Positions 18,376 to 28,356 of a stretch of 56,852 bases of DNA are shown here, one piece after another; positions within the stretch are counted from its first letter, which is position 1, and each line of letters begins with the position of its first letter. Position numbers and translations under genes: made by a program. This stretch comes from Verrucomicrobiota bacterium (lineage in GTDB: Bacteria > Verrucomicrobiota > Verrucomicrobiia > Limisphaerales > SIBE01): positions 1-56,852 of the forward strand of contig JAQBVM010000002.1 in the NCBI GenBank assembly GCA_027623095.1, written 5' to 3'. The notes beneath the pieces are model-generated. The model was not told where the DNA came from. It searched no databases and saw only the letters and a list, made by a program, of their open reading frames with translations.

Positions 18376-19233
18376 ATGAAAGATCACACTGTACCCCCTC
18401 GGAGGAAGCCTTTTTTGGCCTCTGGATTCACCCTCATCGAACTTCTAGTCGTTATTGCGATTATCGCGATTCTCGCGGGAATGCTCCTCCCGGCTCTGAG
18501 CAAAGCGAAAAGCAAGGCAAAGAGCATCAATTGCGTCTCCAACTTGAAACAGTGGGGCTTGGTTTGGGCGTTTTATACAGATGAACATGGCGGAAAATTC
18601 AGCGACGGCGACACCGTCGGCTGGGCTCGCGGTGAGTGGATCAGAGCTCTGGCAAAGGCCTATCAAGAGAAACCGTATCTTCTATTGTGTCCGGACGCCA
18701 AGCACCGGCGCGGCACTGGAAGCGCCACCACTGAAACCCGAAAACCACTCGAAGCAACGTCGGGAGTGGAAACATTTGGCGGACCTCATACCGTGTACGA
18801 TTTCCCTACGTTCGCGGAGGATCAATCACCCACCCGCCTTCTGAGCAGCTACGGTGGGAACAATTGGGTTTACAACGCGAAGAACGATATTCAAGGCAGG
18901 CGGATGGAGGATCATTGGCGTTCATTTGATGTAACCGACAGTCCCACGGAAATCCCGCTGTTCCTGGATGCAATGTGGCGAGGTGGAGGCCCTGATCAAC
19001 GAAATAGCACCAAAGACGCGGCACCTATTTACAACGGTGAATGGAGTGGCGCGGGCGCGGAATCAAAGCATTTTGCGTTCATGCGCCATGGACGCGGCAT
19101 TAACATTGCGTTCTTCGATCAGTCCGTAAGAACAACACGTTCACCCAGGGACATTTGGAGGCTCAAGTGGCATCGAAGCTATCAGCGAGACGGGCAGGAA
19201 CGCACGTTCCGATTTCCGAAATGGATGCCCTAA
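18376..19233 (+). CDS. Prepilin-type N-terminal cleavage/methylation domain protein (DUF1559-like pseudopilin)
   Basis: N-terminus [31 protein letters not shown], the hallmark of PVC DUF1559 proteins. Confidence 0.85.
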   Translation: MKDHTVPPRRKPFLASGFTLIELLVVIAIIAILAGMLLPALSKAKSKAKSINCVSNLKQWGLVWAFYTDEHGGKFSDGDTVGWARGEWIRALAKAYQEKPYLLLCPDAKHRRGTGSATTETRKPLEATSGVETFGGPHTVYDFPTFAEDQSPTRLLSSYGGNNWVYNAKNDIQGRRMEDHWRSFDVTDSPTEIPLFLDAMWRGGGPDQRNSTKDAAPIYNGEWSGAGAESKHFAFMRHGRGINIAFFDQSVRTTRSPRDIWRLKWHRSYQRDGQERTFRFPKWMP

Positions 19234-19242
19234 GCGCCGGTT

Positions 19243-20091
19243 TTAACGGACCAATTCAACCGCTTTCAACGGAAGCCAGCATCTTCGCGAGTCAGCCAGC
19301 TCGACTTGGAACCAGTTCCCACGATCCTCGACGACGGTGAATTCGGTCCCGGCGTGCAACGGATCCGTAAAGCTCGGCTCGTAGGTGTCGCTGTCCCCTT
19401 TTCTCGCTGTCACTTCGGCATCAATCACCACACCGGGTCGAGTCCTGTTCCGGTAACCGCTTTCGATCAAAAGCGATGCCAGGAGGAGAGCGGAAACCAA
19501 ACCTGAGATGCCGATGAACCACTTCAGACCCGCCTTTGAAACGAACAATCTTACCCCAGCACCGAGCCAAACCAAGCTGAACACAATTCCGAACATCCTG
19601 GCCCGAACTTGCGTCGGGAGATCATAATGCCAGAAGAAGAGTGTTTTCAACACTCTGGTCTGTTGGGGTTCTTCAAACTTGTCTTTCCGCCGTTCCCGCG
19701 CGTATTGCAGATTCTGCTGCAAGTTGGGATCGTTTGGAACGTATTGTTCGGCCCGCCTGTAATTCAGAATTGCCCGGCCAATATCGTTCATTCTGAAATA
19801 GGCGTTCCCGATGTTGTAAAACAGTTTGCCGTTGCGAACTCCTCCGTCTCGAACAATGCGCTCGAAGCGAAGGGCGGATTTGCCATAAAGTTCCGTTGCG
19901 CGTTCGGAATCGGAGGCGCTTGCCTCGTTAGCTTGTCGAAAGAAGTCCTTTCCCTGCGAGAACAAATCGTTCCGCTCTGATTTGCTGAGCTCGCCACGGC
20001 TCGCCACGGCACCCAACAAGAATACCGTTGCGATCACGACAAAGGATATTACAGACGAACATGTGCGCCGGGCAGAGCTCAGACGGCGCAT
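19243..20091 (-). CDS. batE: BatE-like protein (membrane anchor, TPR, C-terminal SH3b-like domain)
   Basis: The ATG at 20091 gives MRRLSSARRTCSSVISFVVIATVFLLGAVA. TPR-like YNIGNAYFRMNDIGRAILNYRRAEQ. C-terminal SH3-like GTEFTVVEDRGNWFQVEL. The 165-codon upstream extension in the ORF track runs through a repeat element and into batD. Confidence 0.75.
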   Translation of the reverse strand: MRRLSSARRTCSSVISFVVIATVFLLGAVASRGELSKSERNDLFSQGKDFFRQANEASASDSERATELYGKSALRFERIVRDGGVRNGKLFYNIGNAYFRMNDIGRAILNYRRAEQYVPNDPNLQQNLQYARERRKDKFEEPQQTRVLKTLFFWHYDLPTQVRARMFGIVFSLVWLGAGVRLFVSKAGLKWFIGISGLVSALLLASLLIESGYRNRTRPGVVIDAEVTARKGDSDTYEPSFTDPLHAGTEFTVVEDRGNWFQVELADSRRCWLPLKAVELVR

Positions 20092-20159
20092 CTCCGAATG
20101 AGGACAAACCCACCCGTCGCAGTTCGACCGGGGCGGAGGCGCCGACTCTCGCTTCTCTT

Positions 20160-20328
20160 GGTGGGGCGACACTCTGTGAAGCCCTAATTTCTCCTTGTTG
20201 GACGCGTGTCTTGCAATTCGGTGCTGTGGAAACGCCGCATTGCCTGGATGTCTCGATGTTTCCACTGTGCCTTCTCGTTCGTCTTTCGCGACAAAGTTGA
20301 GCAGGGCTCCACAGAGTGTCGCCCCACC
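20160..20328. repeat. Second complete inverted pair of the REP/MITE-like repeat (169 bp, 26-nt arms, 117-nt core with a nested hairpin)
   Basis: GGTGGGGCGACACTCTGTGAAGCCCT at 20160-20185 faces AGGGCTCCACAGAGTGTCGCCCCACC at 20303-20328. Inner hairpin GTGGAAAC (20226-20233) / GTTTCCAC (20258-20265). Confidence 0.9.
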
Positions 20329-20543
20329 GGACTGCAGGAAGCCGAAACTCGACTCTGACTCGTTGCAGCGTTGATCCTTGATAGCTCTACTGGAATCATC
20401 AGCCTTCGTGCTCCTCTCCTCAATCCGACGAAGAAGCAGCCGTTCAGGTGTGTCCTCATTCAGAGATGCGCCCAAGCCCGGACGGCCTAGTGAGAGGAGC
20501 TCCCCATTTAACATCGCATTCTTCTGCCACGCGGAAGAGTCCC

Positions 20544-22403
20544 TCATTTCAGCACCTGCTCCAGCTTCTTTACTAATGAAATGCATTGCCCGGCTACAGC
20601 GCCGGGATCCCCCCCCGCATTGCCGCCGGCAAACCGATTCGCTTCACACATCTTCATCAATTCCTTCAATTCCTCCAAATCGGACGGATCCACCCCTTTT
20701 TTAATCATCAATTGATCCACGTCCTTGTAGGTCAGCGCACCATGACTCATCCGCAGCTTTCCACCCAGGTACCGTCGAAGGCAATCCAAGACGGCATCTG
20801 AAGAAGATTCCAATCCAATTCGCTGAATCGCGGCCAGTTCGCGGCTAACCTCCGTGAAGACCAGCCGCGATCGAAGCGCCAGAGGATCCGAATTGCGCCT
20901 CCGAACGAAAACGACACCGGCCAAGAGAATCGCGTAAACCAGCGGCGGCCCGCCAATCACAGAAACCCATGCCGGTGACCGCAGCCAATTCTCCGGCCCG
21001 AACTCTTGATTCACGATCGCATCCAAATCTTCGTAGTTATGTGCGATGCCTCGAGTCCACGCCTCGACCGCGCTGGCAGCGGGATTTGAGGCGCTCAAAC
21101 CTTCGGCGTCGCTCGCCGTCACGACCTTGGTCTCCCGAACGGAAATGGAAATCGGCTCGCTTCGCGCCACCTTATAGGTCGCGCTGTCCGTGTCGAAATA
21201 GGGCAGTTCAATTGAGGGAATCGCCTGAATATCGCTTCGCCGCGCCCGAACGGTCTGTGTGAATACTTTCCTCACGCCATCAAACTTGCCAGCTTCCATC
21301 TCGGCGGGAATCTTGAAATCACGCGCGAGGCTGAGTTGTTCTTGCAGCGGAGGAAGACTGATATGATCCAAATACTCAGGGCCGCTGAGCGCGATAGTGA
21401 GAGTAATAGGGTCTCCGACGTTCACATCCGTGGGAACCGCCGTTGTTTCCACACGGTAATTACCTACGTACCCGGAAAAATTGGCAGGACGCCCTTCATT
21501 GGGAAGATCCGCCACCTCTAATGCAAGCGCATTGGAAGGTATCACTTGCTTCCTGTAAACCTCCTGATTTCGAGACCCAAAAACATCCGAGAAAAAACCA
21601 GGCGAACGGTTCTGCCGAACACCTGCCAAAACTTCAAACGCAACCGTGGCCGGATCAAGGGGTATGACGCCAGTTTTGTTCGGAATGAGAATCTTCTCGA
21701 AACCAACTGTCGTGTAGTCTTTGCCATCCAAACGGCCCTGACTCTTCACCGCGATTACTTCCTCAGTTCCCAAGCCAATTCGAACATATTCAATACCCGG
21801 ATTCTGGATGAATCTGGGACTGGCGGATGACACAGAATTGTTGTTTAACACCGGGAGGTTGAATCGAGCATTCCGCACATTCTGACCGACATACCAAACC
21901 ATTCTGAGCTGAACGGGCTCACCGACAAAAACCTTTCGTTTCGACAATTCGAGAACAAGCTTGAAGTTCTCAATATCCATCGGCTTCTGGACGTTAATGG
22001 CAACCGGATTCGTGCGGACGGTTTCCCCTTCAACCGTCAGCGAAATTGACGGGATAACTAGGCGGCCAATTCGCTTCGGAGTGAGTTGGAAATCCATTAA
22101 ATAGGACTTCTGGATATCCTGGGTCATTCGTCCGTTGATAATCGTCACCGAACTGCTGTTGTTTTGACGGCCTCCGGCTGGCTGCACCGTGAAATCGGTC
22201 AAACCGGAAAGATCCGCCTGACCCGGTTGATCGGAACCGGAGATCTGAATCTGCATTTGAAAAGTCTCCCCCAGAAAAACATCTGTGGCACCCACGGCAG
22301 TTTGCGCCACAATGGCGGCCGCCGTTCCCGGAAAAACAAAGTGAATCCCGACAATTATCATTAATGCCGGCCACACTATGATTTTTGGAGCGATGAATCT
22401 CAT
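20544..22403 (-). CDS. batD: BatD-like oxygen-tolerance protein
   Basis: About 620 aa with an N-terminal signal/TM and a C-terminal TM (VIGGPPLVYAILLAGVVFV). Position after batC. The ATG at 22403 lies 1 nt after the batC TGA. Confidence 0.75.
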   Translation of the reverse strand: MRFIAPKIIVWPALMIIVGIHFVFPGTAAAIVAQTAVGATDVFLGETFQMQIQISGSDQPGQADLSGLTDFTVQPAGGRQNNSSSVTIINGRMTQDIQKSYLMDFQLTPKRIGRLVIPSISLTVEGETVRTNPVAINVQKPMDIENFKLVLELSKRKVFVGEPVQLRMVWYVGQNVRNARFNLPVLNNNSVSSASPRFIQNPGIEYVRIGLGTEEVIAVKSQGRLDGKDYTTVGFEKILIPNKTGVIPLDPATVAFEVLAGVRQNRSPGFFSDVFGSRNQEVYRKQVIPSNALALEVADLPNEGRPANFSGYVGNYRVETTAVPTDVNVGDPITLTIALSGPEYLDHISLPPLQEQLSLARDFKIPAEMEAGKFDGVRKVFTQTVRARRSDIQAIPSIELPYFDTDSATYKVARSEPISISVRETKVVTASDAEGLSASNPAASAVEAWTRGIAHNYEDLDAIVNQEFGPENWLRSPAWVSVIGGPPLVYAILLAGVVFVRRRNSDPLALRSRLVFTEVSRELAAIQRIGLESSSDAVLDCLRRYLGGKLRMSHGALTYKDVDQLMIKKGVDPSDLEELKELMKMCEANRFAGGNAGGDPGAVAGQCISLVKKLEQVLK

Positions 22404-22404
22404 C

Positions 22405-23682
22405 TCACCAATCCTTATCCACCGCCCGATAACCAACCGGCTGCCTAGGCTGCCGCCGTTCCCGGTTTTCCTTTTCCTCGTCGAGAATGCTGCGCGCTTC
22501 TTCCCTGGCTTGCGCCTGCTGGTGATCCTTTTCCTTCGCTTTTGATTGATCCTCCTGCGGCTGCTGCTGTTGTTGTTGCTGCTGTTGTTCCTTCGGTTGG
22601 TTCTCCTTCGATTCCTCTTGCTGACTGTTCTCTTGCGATTGCTGCTCCTGCTGACTTTGTTCGTGTTGGTTCTCGCTCAGCTTCGCCAACGCTTCTTTCA
22701 GCTCTTCTGCCGCTTTTTCCTGGTATGGTTTGGCCGAAATAACGTTGTTTTCGTTCAGTTTCCCCAGGGAAGACACCTGGTCGGACACAGCGGTATCGAC
22801 GTGTTTTCGGGCTTCCGAAATGGGAGAACTAGGACCGGGTTGCGGAACCGGCATCGGCGGCTGCTGCGGCGCCCCCCCTTGGTTTTGCTGCTGCATCTGC
22901 TGGCGCATTTGCTCTTCGATCTTTCCCATTTCCCCCGAGAGTTCGGAAGTCTCATTTCTCACCGATTCCTGGCTGGTCGCAAGTTCGCCTGTTTGATCCC
23001 GGACAGCTTGGCTGTCGCCTTGTTGTTTCCGCGCGTCCTGAAGCTGCTGGTTTTGTTCGACGGCTTGTTCTTGTTTCGCGATGAGCTCTCGCAGCTTTTT
23101 CGCTATATCATCCATCGCGTTCTGTTGGTTCTGTTGCTCCTCCTTCTTCTTCTTCTGCTCATCGAGAATCGATTTCATAACGAGGCGCACGACTTCGATA
23201 TTCTCCGCTGCTTCTTTGAATTTAGGATCCAGTTGCAACGCTTCCTGATAGTGCCGAATGCTCTTTTCGCAAGCCTCCAGCGACTTTTTCAAATCGTTGT
23301 CTCTCTGCCGCTCCGCCTCGCGGAACGAGCAATTTCCGAGGTTAAACTTGCTCAGGGATCCCAAACGCGATTTTTTGCTTTTCAACGCGGCCTTCTCGAA
23401 AGCATCCGAAGCGGCGGCGAAATCGCCTTTTTGATACAAAGCACCGCCCCTGTTGAAGTAAATCGTGGCCGATTCGGGAGCTTCAACCGACGCTTCCTCA
23501 TACCGGGTTAACGCCTCATCAAACGAACCAGCCCTGTACGCCGCGTTGCCCCGCTCCACGAGCGAGCGCGTGGATTCCCCGATCACCGAAAACGGCAAGA
23601 ACAACGAGCCGACAAGGGATATCGCATGCCAAATTCGGAACATCACCGAACTCGTGCTTGATATTTTGAAAATCGACAACAT
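22405..23682 (-). CDS. batC: BatC-like TPR protein with a long Q/E/K-rich low-complexity C-terminal half
   Basis: TPR region (GNAAYRAGSFDEALTRYEEA, FNRGGALYQKGDFAAASDAFEKA) followed by a charged coiled-coil-like tail including a Q9 run. Confidence 0.75.
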   Translation of the reverse strand: MLSIFKISSTSSVMFRIWHAISLVGSLFLPFSVIGESTRSLVERGNAAYRAGSFDEALTRYEEASVEAPESATIYFNRGGALYQKGDFAAASDAFEKAALKSKKSRLGSLSKFNLGNCSFREAERQRDNDLKKSLEACEKSIRHYQEALQLDPKFKEAAENIEVVRLVMKSILDEQKKKKEEQQNQQNAMDDIAKKLRELIAKQEQAVEQNQQLQDARKQQGDSQAVRDQTGELATSQESVRNETSELSGEMGKIEEQMRQQMQQQNQGGAPQQPPMPVPQPGPSSPISEARKHVDTAVSDQVSSLGKLNENNVISAKPYQEKAAEELKEALAKLSENQHEQSQQEQQSQENSQQEESKENQPKEQQQQQQQQQPQEDQSKAKEKDHQQAQAREEARSILDEEKENRERRQPRQPVGYRAVDKDW

Positions 23683-23695
23683 TTCAAACTAGATT

Positions 23696-24715
23696 TCAGA
23701 CTCCGCGTTTTCTCTCTGGAATAACCATCTCGAGGCAGAGCAGACCGAAGGCCAGCGCAAGAAAGATCTGAAACTTTTCCTCGTACCGCTTGATGGTCTT
23801 CGACTCCAATTCCCGTTTTTCGGCGGAAGCGATGAACTGTTGATACACGTCCCCGAGGTCGATCGTTCCGGTCGCCACATTTAAGTATTTGCCGCCGGGC
23901 GTGGCATTCACCATCTTTCGCAGCGTGTCCGCGTCAAGCTTCGTCCAGATTTCCTGCCCGTTGTACTTCATGAACGTGGGCTGTCCGTTCTCGCCTGTAA
24001 TCGGAATTCGTTTTCCTTCATTTTCATCTCCCAGACCAAGAGCGATGATACGAATTCCCCGCTCTCCGGCCTGCTTGGCCGCCTCCAGCGGAAAACTATC
24101 GTGATCCTCTCCATCCGTGATCAAAATGACGTCTTTAAACTCTTTCTCCTGGTCATCGAACACCTCGTTCATGGTCTTTCGCAACGCATCGCCAATCATT
24201 GTTCCACCGCGGGCAATGCTGTCGATTGAGATTCCGTCCAGCATCATTCGAAAGAAACCGTAATCAAGTGTAAGCGGACATTTCACGGCAGATGTGCCTG
24301 CGAATGCCACCAAGGCCACGCGATCTCCCTCCAACCGCTCAATACAATCCTTGATGGCGAGTTTTGCGCGATCCAATCGATTCGGAGCCAGATCCTCGGC
24401 AAGCATGCTTTTCGAGACATCCAAAACAAATACCACATCCCGGCCTTGCCGTTGAATCGTTTTCGGCTTCGGATTCCACGCCGGCCTTGCCAACCCAATA
24501 ATCACAAACACAGCCGCAAGAATGATGAGCGCCGCCTTCCAGGCACGCTTGGTCGAACTCACCGAAACAGCAATCTTACTGAGCAACCCCGCTTCAACGA
24601 ACTGTTCCAAAGCCTTTTTCCGCTTCCAAGCGCCGTAATAAAATAGCGCCGCAAGCAACGGGGCAACCCACAAGAGCAACAGCATCTCGATACTATGCAA
24701 ACGAACGCCACTCAT
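23696..24715 (-). CDS. batB: BatB-like VWA domain membrane protein
   Basis: N-terminal TMs, a VWA MIDAS context (DVVFVLDVSKSM) and a C-terminal TM. The ATGA overlap with batA is at 24712-24715. Confidence 0.85.
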   Translation of the reverse strand: MSGVRLHSIEMLLLLWVAPLLAALFYYGAWKRKKALEQFVEAGLLSKIAVSVSSTKRAWKAALIILAAVFVIIGLARPAWNPKPKTIQRQGRDVVFVLDVSKSMLAEDLAPNRLDRAKLAIKDCIERLEGDRVALVAFAGTSAVKCPLTLDYGFFRMMLDGISIDSIARGGTMIGDALRKTMNEVFDDQEKEFKDVILITDGEDHDSFPLEAAKQAGERGIRIIALGLGDENEGKRIPITGENGQPTFMKYNGQEIWTKLDADTLRKMVNATPGGKYLNVATGTIDLGDVYQQFIASAEKRELESKTIKRYEEKFQIFLALAFGLLCLEMVIPERKRGV

Positions 24716-25779
24716 GGAATTTTGCGAAAAAATGTACTTCCGAGCAAAGTCTCCAAACCGATCAATAGTAGCGCAACCGCAGCCAGAATGAAAAACCGCT
24801 CCTCGTAATCCATATACCGAACCGATTCGATCTCGCTACGTTCCAGTTCGTCAATCTCCCGGTAAATTGCCTCCAACGATTCGGCGTCCGTGGCAAGACG
24901 GTACAATCCTCCTGTCGCCTGCGCCACGGCTTTTAACGTCGCTTCATCCACACTGTTTCCCATTCCGAACTTGAACGTTCCGAACACCCCGCCTTGGGAG
25001 GTAATCGCCTCATCCCCGCCCACGCCAATCGTATAGATCTTGATTCCCCATTCGGATGCCAGCTTGGCCGCCTCAAGCGGCGCCCGCTTTCCCCCATTGT
25101 TGGCGCCATCCGTCAGCACAATCATCACCTTGCTCTTGATTTCGTAATCGTCATTCTCGCCCCCCAATTGGCTCGCCAGGACTTCCTCCGCAGTCTTCAA
25201 ACGGGCGGCGGCAAGCGCGATCGCGTCTCCGATTGCAGTACCGTCTTCGCTGCGCTCGTCCTGCTGCACCAGCCGCACGGTTTCCAAAAAGCGCGGCAGA
25301 GCGCCATGCGCCAATGTCAGCGGAGCCACAGTGTCCGGATACCGCGCGAAGGTGATCATTCCGATCAGGTCATTTGGACGCCCCTTGAGCGTCTTGCCGT
25401 TCCCGAGCACAAACTGAGAAAATGCGCGCTTCACCACTTCCAGCCGGTTGAGAGTATCTCCCTCATACTTCATTTCGGCAGCCATGCTGCCCGACCGGTC
25501 CACCACCATTTCAATAGCGATCCCTTTGTTGAGATCGTGGACTTGTTGAAGTCCCTTCTGCGGGCGGGCGATCGCAACCGCCAAGAGCGTCAGGGTTAGC
25601 AATCGAATGCCCAGAGGAACAGCTCCGAGCCGCTGCCGCACTGACATCCCGGCCTTGGCGGCATTGCTCGTGGACGAGAACCGAATGGAGGCCGCGCGGG
25701 AAATCCGGCGTGCGCGCCACAACAAGATCACTGGAAGAGCCAGTAAGATCAGCAGTGCCCAGGGCGATTCAAGAATCAT
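24712..25779 (-). CDS. batA: BatA-like VWA domain membrane protein
   Basis: The ATG at 25779 gives MILESPWALLILLALPVILLW. VWA MIDAS (IEMVVDRSGSM) and a C-terminal TM. Confidence 0.85.
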   Translation of the reverse strand: MILESPWALLILLALPVILLWRARRISRAASIRFSSTSNAAKAGMSVRQRLGAVPLGIRLLTLTLLAVAIARPQKGLQQVHDLNKGIAIEMVVDRSGSMAAEMKYEGDTLNRLEVVKRAFSQFVLGNGKTLKGRPNDLIGMITFARYPDTVAPLTLAHGALPRFLETVRLVQQDERSEDGTAIGDAIALAAARLKTAEEVLASQLGGENDDYEIKSKVMIVLTDGANNGGKRAPLEAAKLASEWGIKIYTIGVGGDEAITSQGGVFGTFKFGMGNSVDEATLKAVAQATGGLYRLATDAESLEAIYREIDELERSEIESVRYMDYEERFFILAAVALLLIGLETLLGSTFFRKIP

Positions 25780-25786
25780 GATCAAC

Positions 25787-26932
25787 TTAAGCGGCCGCCG
25801 CTTGTTCTGGGTTCTTGGGCTGCGCACCGGTGCCATTCAATGCGGTTTCTTCGCCACCCGAAAGATCCCGGGTTTCAAGTATGAAATTCTTGCAACTGTC
25901 GAACGTCTTTTGGATATCGTCGTTTTCCGGGCGGTGCTCGGCGAACTTAACCAAATCACAATGCCGGAGAAACTCTTTTAAAAGCTCCTTTTGTGGCGGA
26001 GTAAGCAAGCGCGTCACCGCCAATGTGCCGAGAAACTCCTCCGTCGTCTGTTCCGGGGCTTGAAGTCCGAAACGGTTTTCGACATAACGCCGGAGGATAT
26101 CCGAGATTCTACGGTAAAACTCTTTGATCTCGCCCTTCTCGGGCAGATTCTCCGCCACCAAAGCCTCAATTTGGCCAAACGCCAAATCATGAGCCGGAAT
26201 GGACGACTCGATAGATTCCTCCAATTTCTTCCTCCGGACCCAGAAAACAGTCCCAGCCGCAAACAGAATCAGAACCACTCCAACGAGAGCCAGCCATGCG
26301 CGAGAAACCGGTTCGCGAGGCAACTCCTCGGGAGAGGCGATCTCGTGAATCTTAATCTCGGCTGCCGCTTCCGGAAGCAATGATTTCACATGCAACGTGA
26401 TAACCTCCGTTTCCAGCTCGTGCTCCTTCTCCTCCGCTTCTCCTCTCTTCGAAAAAAGAAACTTCATGACCGGAATCGTGTAATCTCCGGAAAGGAACGG
26501 TTCCAACACGTAGGATCGTGTCTGGCGCGTTCGCCCGCCTTCGATTAATTCCGGCTGGGTCGTGTCGTAGTCCACGATTCCGAATTGTTCCAGTTTTTCA
26601 CCAAACCGAGGCATTCGCACGTCATAGTCTTCGTCCGCTGTTACCTCCATTCGCAATCGAATCCGATCCGCAATGGTTGGCTCTTTCTTATCCACGGTGA
26701 GAATCACCTGAACGGGTCCACGCTCGAACTTCCGTTCAATGCCTGGCTGCGTCTCAACCGCCGCTCCAGATTCCTTCGATCCGCATCCAGCCCCAATCAT
26801 AATGGTAGCGATGCAGATGCCAATCATCGCCAAAACCTCAGCGCTTCCACACATCGATGGAACAGAAGCCAAATTCCCGCGAATCCGGCGCCCTGACGAC
26901 AGCGCTGCTAGTGTTAAGAACTCGCGCGTCAT
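25787..26932 (-). CDS. Membrane protein with a BatD-like N-terminal beta-rich domain, a TM and a DUF4381-like C-terminal domain
   Basis: Lipobox-like IGAGC, TM WLALVGVVLILFAAGTVFWV, then PAHDLAFGQIEAL...FYRRISDILRRYVENRF, as in DUF4381 proteins found in MoxR/Bat operons (from memory). Confidence 0.55.
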   Translation of the reverse strand: MTREFLTLAALSSGRRIRGNLASVPSMCGSAEVLAMIGICIATIMIGAGCGSKESGAAVETQPGIERKFERGPVQVILTVDKKEPTIADRIRLRMEVTADEDYDVRMPRFGEKLEQFGIVDYDTTQPELIEGGRTRQTRSYVLEPFLSGDYTIPVMKFLFSKRGEAEEKEHELETEVITLHVKSLLPEAAAEIKIHEIASPEELPREPVSRAWLALVGVVLILFAAGTVFWVRRKKLEESIESSIPAHDLAFGQIEALVAENLPEKGEIKEFYRRISDILRRYVENRFGLQAPEQTTEEFLGTLAVTRLLTPPQKELLKEFLRHCDLVKFAEHRPENDDIQKTFDSCKNFILETRDLSGGEETALNGTGAQPKNPEQAAAA

Positions 26933-26935
26933 TCT

Positions 26936-28318
26936 CTACTCGGTTTGGCTCTCCCTTTTTTCCTGAGCGAAAGCGCTCTGATGAATCACGACCCGATATT
27001 GGTCCTTGAGGTCGGACAGGAGCTTCTGCTGGATCTCCCGTTCCTTTCGCGACCTCAAGGCGCTATATACTTCGTTGCGTACCTCTTCAAAAGGCCGCGC
27101 GTGTTCGGCTTCTTTCTCCCGCACTAGAATCAAATGTAAACCTTGATCGGAGGAAATAGGGGTCGCGGCAACTTTTCCTGCCTCCGTTTCAAACACCGCC
27201 TTTTGCGCATCTCCAGAATTTCCGATTCCCGGGACGGCGGCCCCCTTGTTAACCCAACCTTCGATCTTCCCTTGATTCTTTGCGGTGCCCGCGTCCATAG
27301 AAATCTCCACCGCCAGCTCACCAAAATCTTTTCCATTCTTCAGATTCTCCAAAGCTTCCTTTGCCATCTCTTCGTCTTTCAACAGGATGTGACTGATCTG
27401 AGCTCTTTCCGGTTGAACAAAACTTTCTTTGTTCGCCTCATAGTAGGTTGTTAGATCGCCAGATGTTATCTTGATCGAGTCCGCCAACTCGTTCGCAAGA
27501 ACGCGCTGAGCGAGCAGGCTTCGCTCGGTGTCCAGAAGCAGTTGACGCGTTCCCGGATCTTCCGCCAGTTTGGACTCCCGCGCTTTCCTGTATAGAATCT
27601 CCTCCATCACGTATTGGTTGAGGAACTGCATGCGCTGGGTCGAGGATGACAACTGACTCAAGAGAGTCTCTTTCTGTTTCTTGCGCTCCTCGTCTGGCAG
27701 ATACGCCGCGTATTGACTGAGCTGCTGTTCGATGGCCGCCTCAATTCGACGATCAAGCTCGGCTTTGCTGATTTTCTGCGCCCCAATTTCGGCAACAATT
27801 TCTTCACCCGTGGCCGAAGCCGATAGATTCAGCCCGACACGATCGGAGAGCTCGTATCGCAGGGCCGCGAATTTCCCCATCGCTTCAAGGCACTCTTGTG
27901 TCCGCCTTCCAATCTCAGGCTCCAACTCTTTATCGCGATAGAAACTCTCGGACCGATAGAAACTATTCAAGGCTTGAGCATAATCTCTTGCCTCCTGATG
28001 GAGCTTGCCGATCCGATAATAGACCTTGGCAGTCTCCGCGTCATCCGGAGCGGCCAGTCTAAGATACTCTCTCCATGCGTCCGCTGCTGTAGTCTGCAAA
28101 TTCTGCTTCTCCAACTTCAAGGCCAACTGTTTTTGCGCCTCCGAGGAAAGCGATCCAGGCGTCTTGGCCTGTTCCGGTGAAGTCCGGTTTTTGACCGCAA
28201 AAAACATATTTCCGAGAACCGCCGCCAAGATGCAGATTAATAGGAACCGATTCGTTCCAGACGTTTTGACTGGAGCGGGCTTGCGCTCCGGCAGCGAAAA
28301 ATCAAGTTTGTCACTCAT
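26936..28318 (-). CDS. Membrane-anchored parvulin-type peptidyl-prolyl isomerase (PpiD/SurA-like) with an N-terminal TPR-like region
   Basis: TM FLLICILAAVLGNMFFAV. PpiC/rotamase signature ISHILLKDEEMAKEALENLKNGKDFGELAVEISMD...GKIEGWV...GLHLILV. Confidence 0.8.
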   Translation of the reverse strand: MSDKLDFSLPERKPAPVKTSGTNRFLLICILAAVLGNMFFAVKNRTSPEQAKTPGSLSSEAQKQLALKLEKQNLQTTAADAWREYLRLAAPDDAETAKVYYRIGKLHQEARDYAQALNSFYRSESFYRDKELEPEIGRRTQECLEAMGKFAALRYELSDRVGLNLSASATGEEIVAEIGAQKISKAELDRRIEAAIEQQLSQYAAYLPDEERKKQKETLLSQLSSSTQRMQFLNQYVMEEILYRKARESKLAEDPGTRQLLLDTERSLLAQRVLANELADSIKITSGDLTTYYEANKESFVQPERAQISHILLKDEEMAKEALENLKNGKDFGELAVEISMDAGTAKNQGKIEGWVNKGAAVPGIGNSGDAQKAVFETEAGKVAATPISSDQGLHLILVREKEAEHARPFEEVRNEVYSALRSRKEREIQQKLLSDLKDQYRVVIHQSAFAQEKRESQTE

Positions 28319-28356
28319 TTCATTTCCTTAACCGAAAAGGTGTTCTTTTTTTTATC

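Noticed and set aside
20092-20586. 165-codon N-terminal extension of the batE ORF (ORF track 19243-20586)
   Set aside because: The extension reads through both arms of the repeat element and overlaps the 3-prime end of batD. It has no protein-like features. The internal ATG at 20091 gives a normal membrane-anchor N-terminus.
22546-23511. 321-aa plus-strand ORF rich in Leu and Arg
   Set aside because: It is the antisense shadow of the Q/E/K-rich batC low-complexity region.
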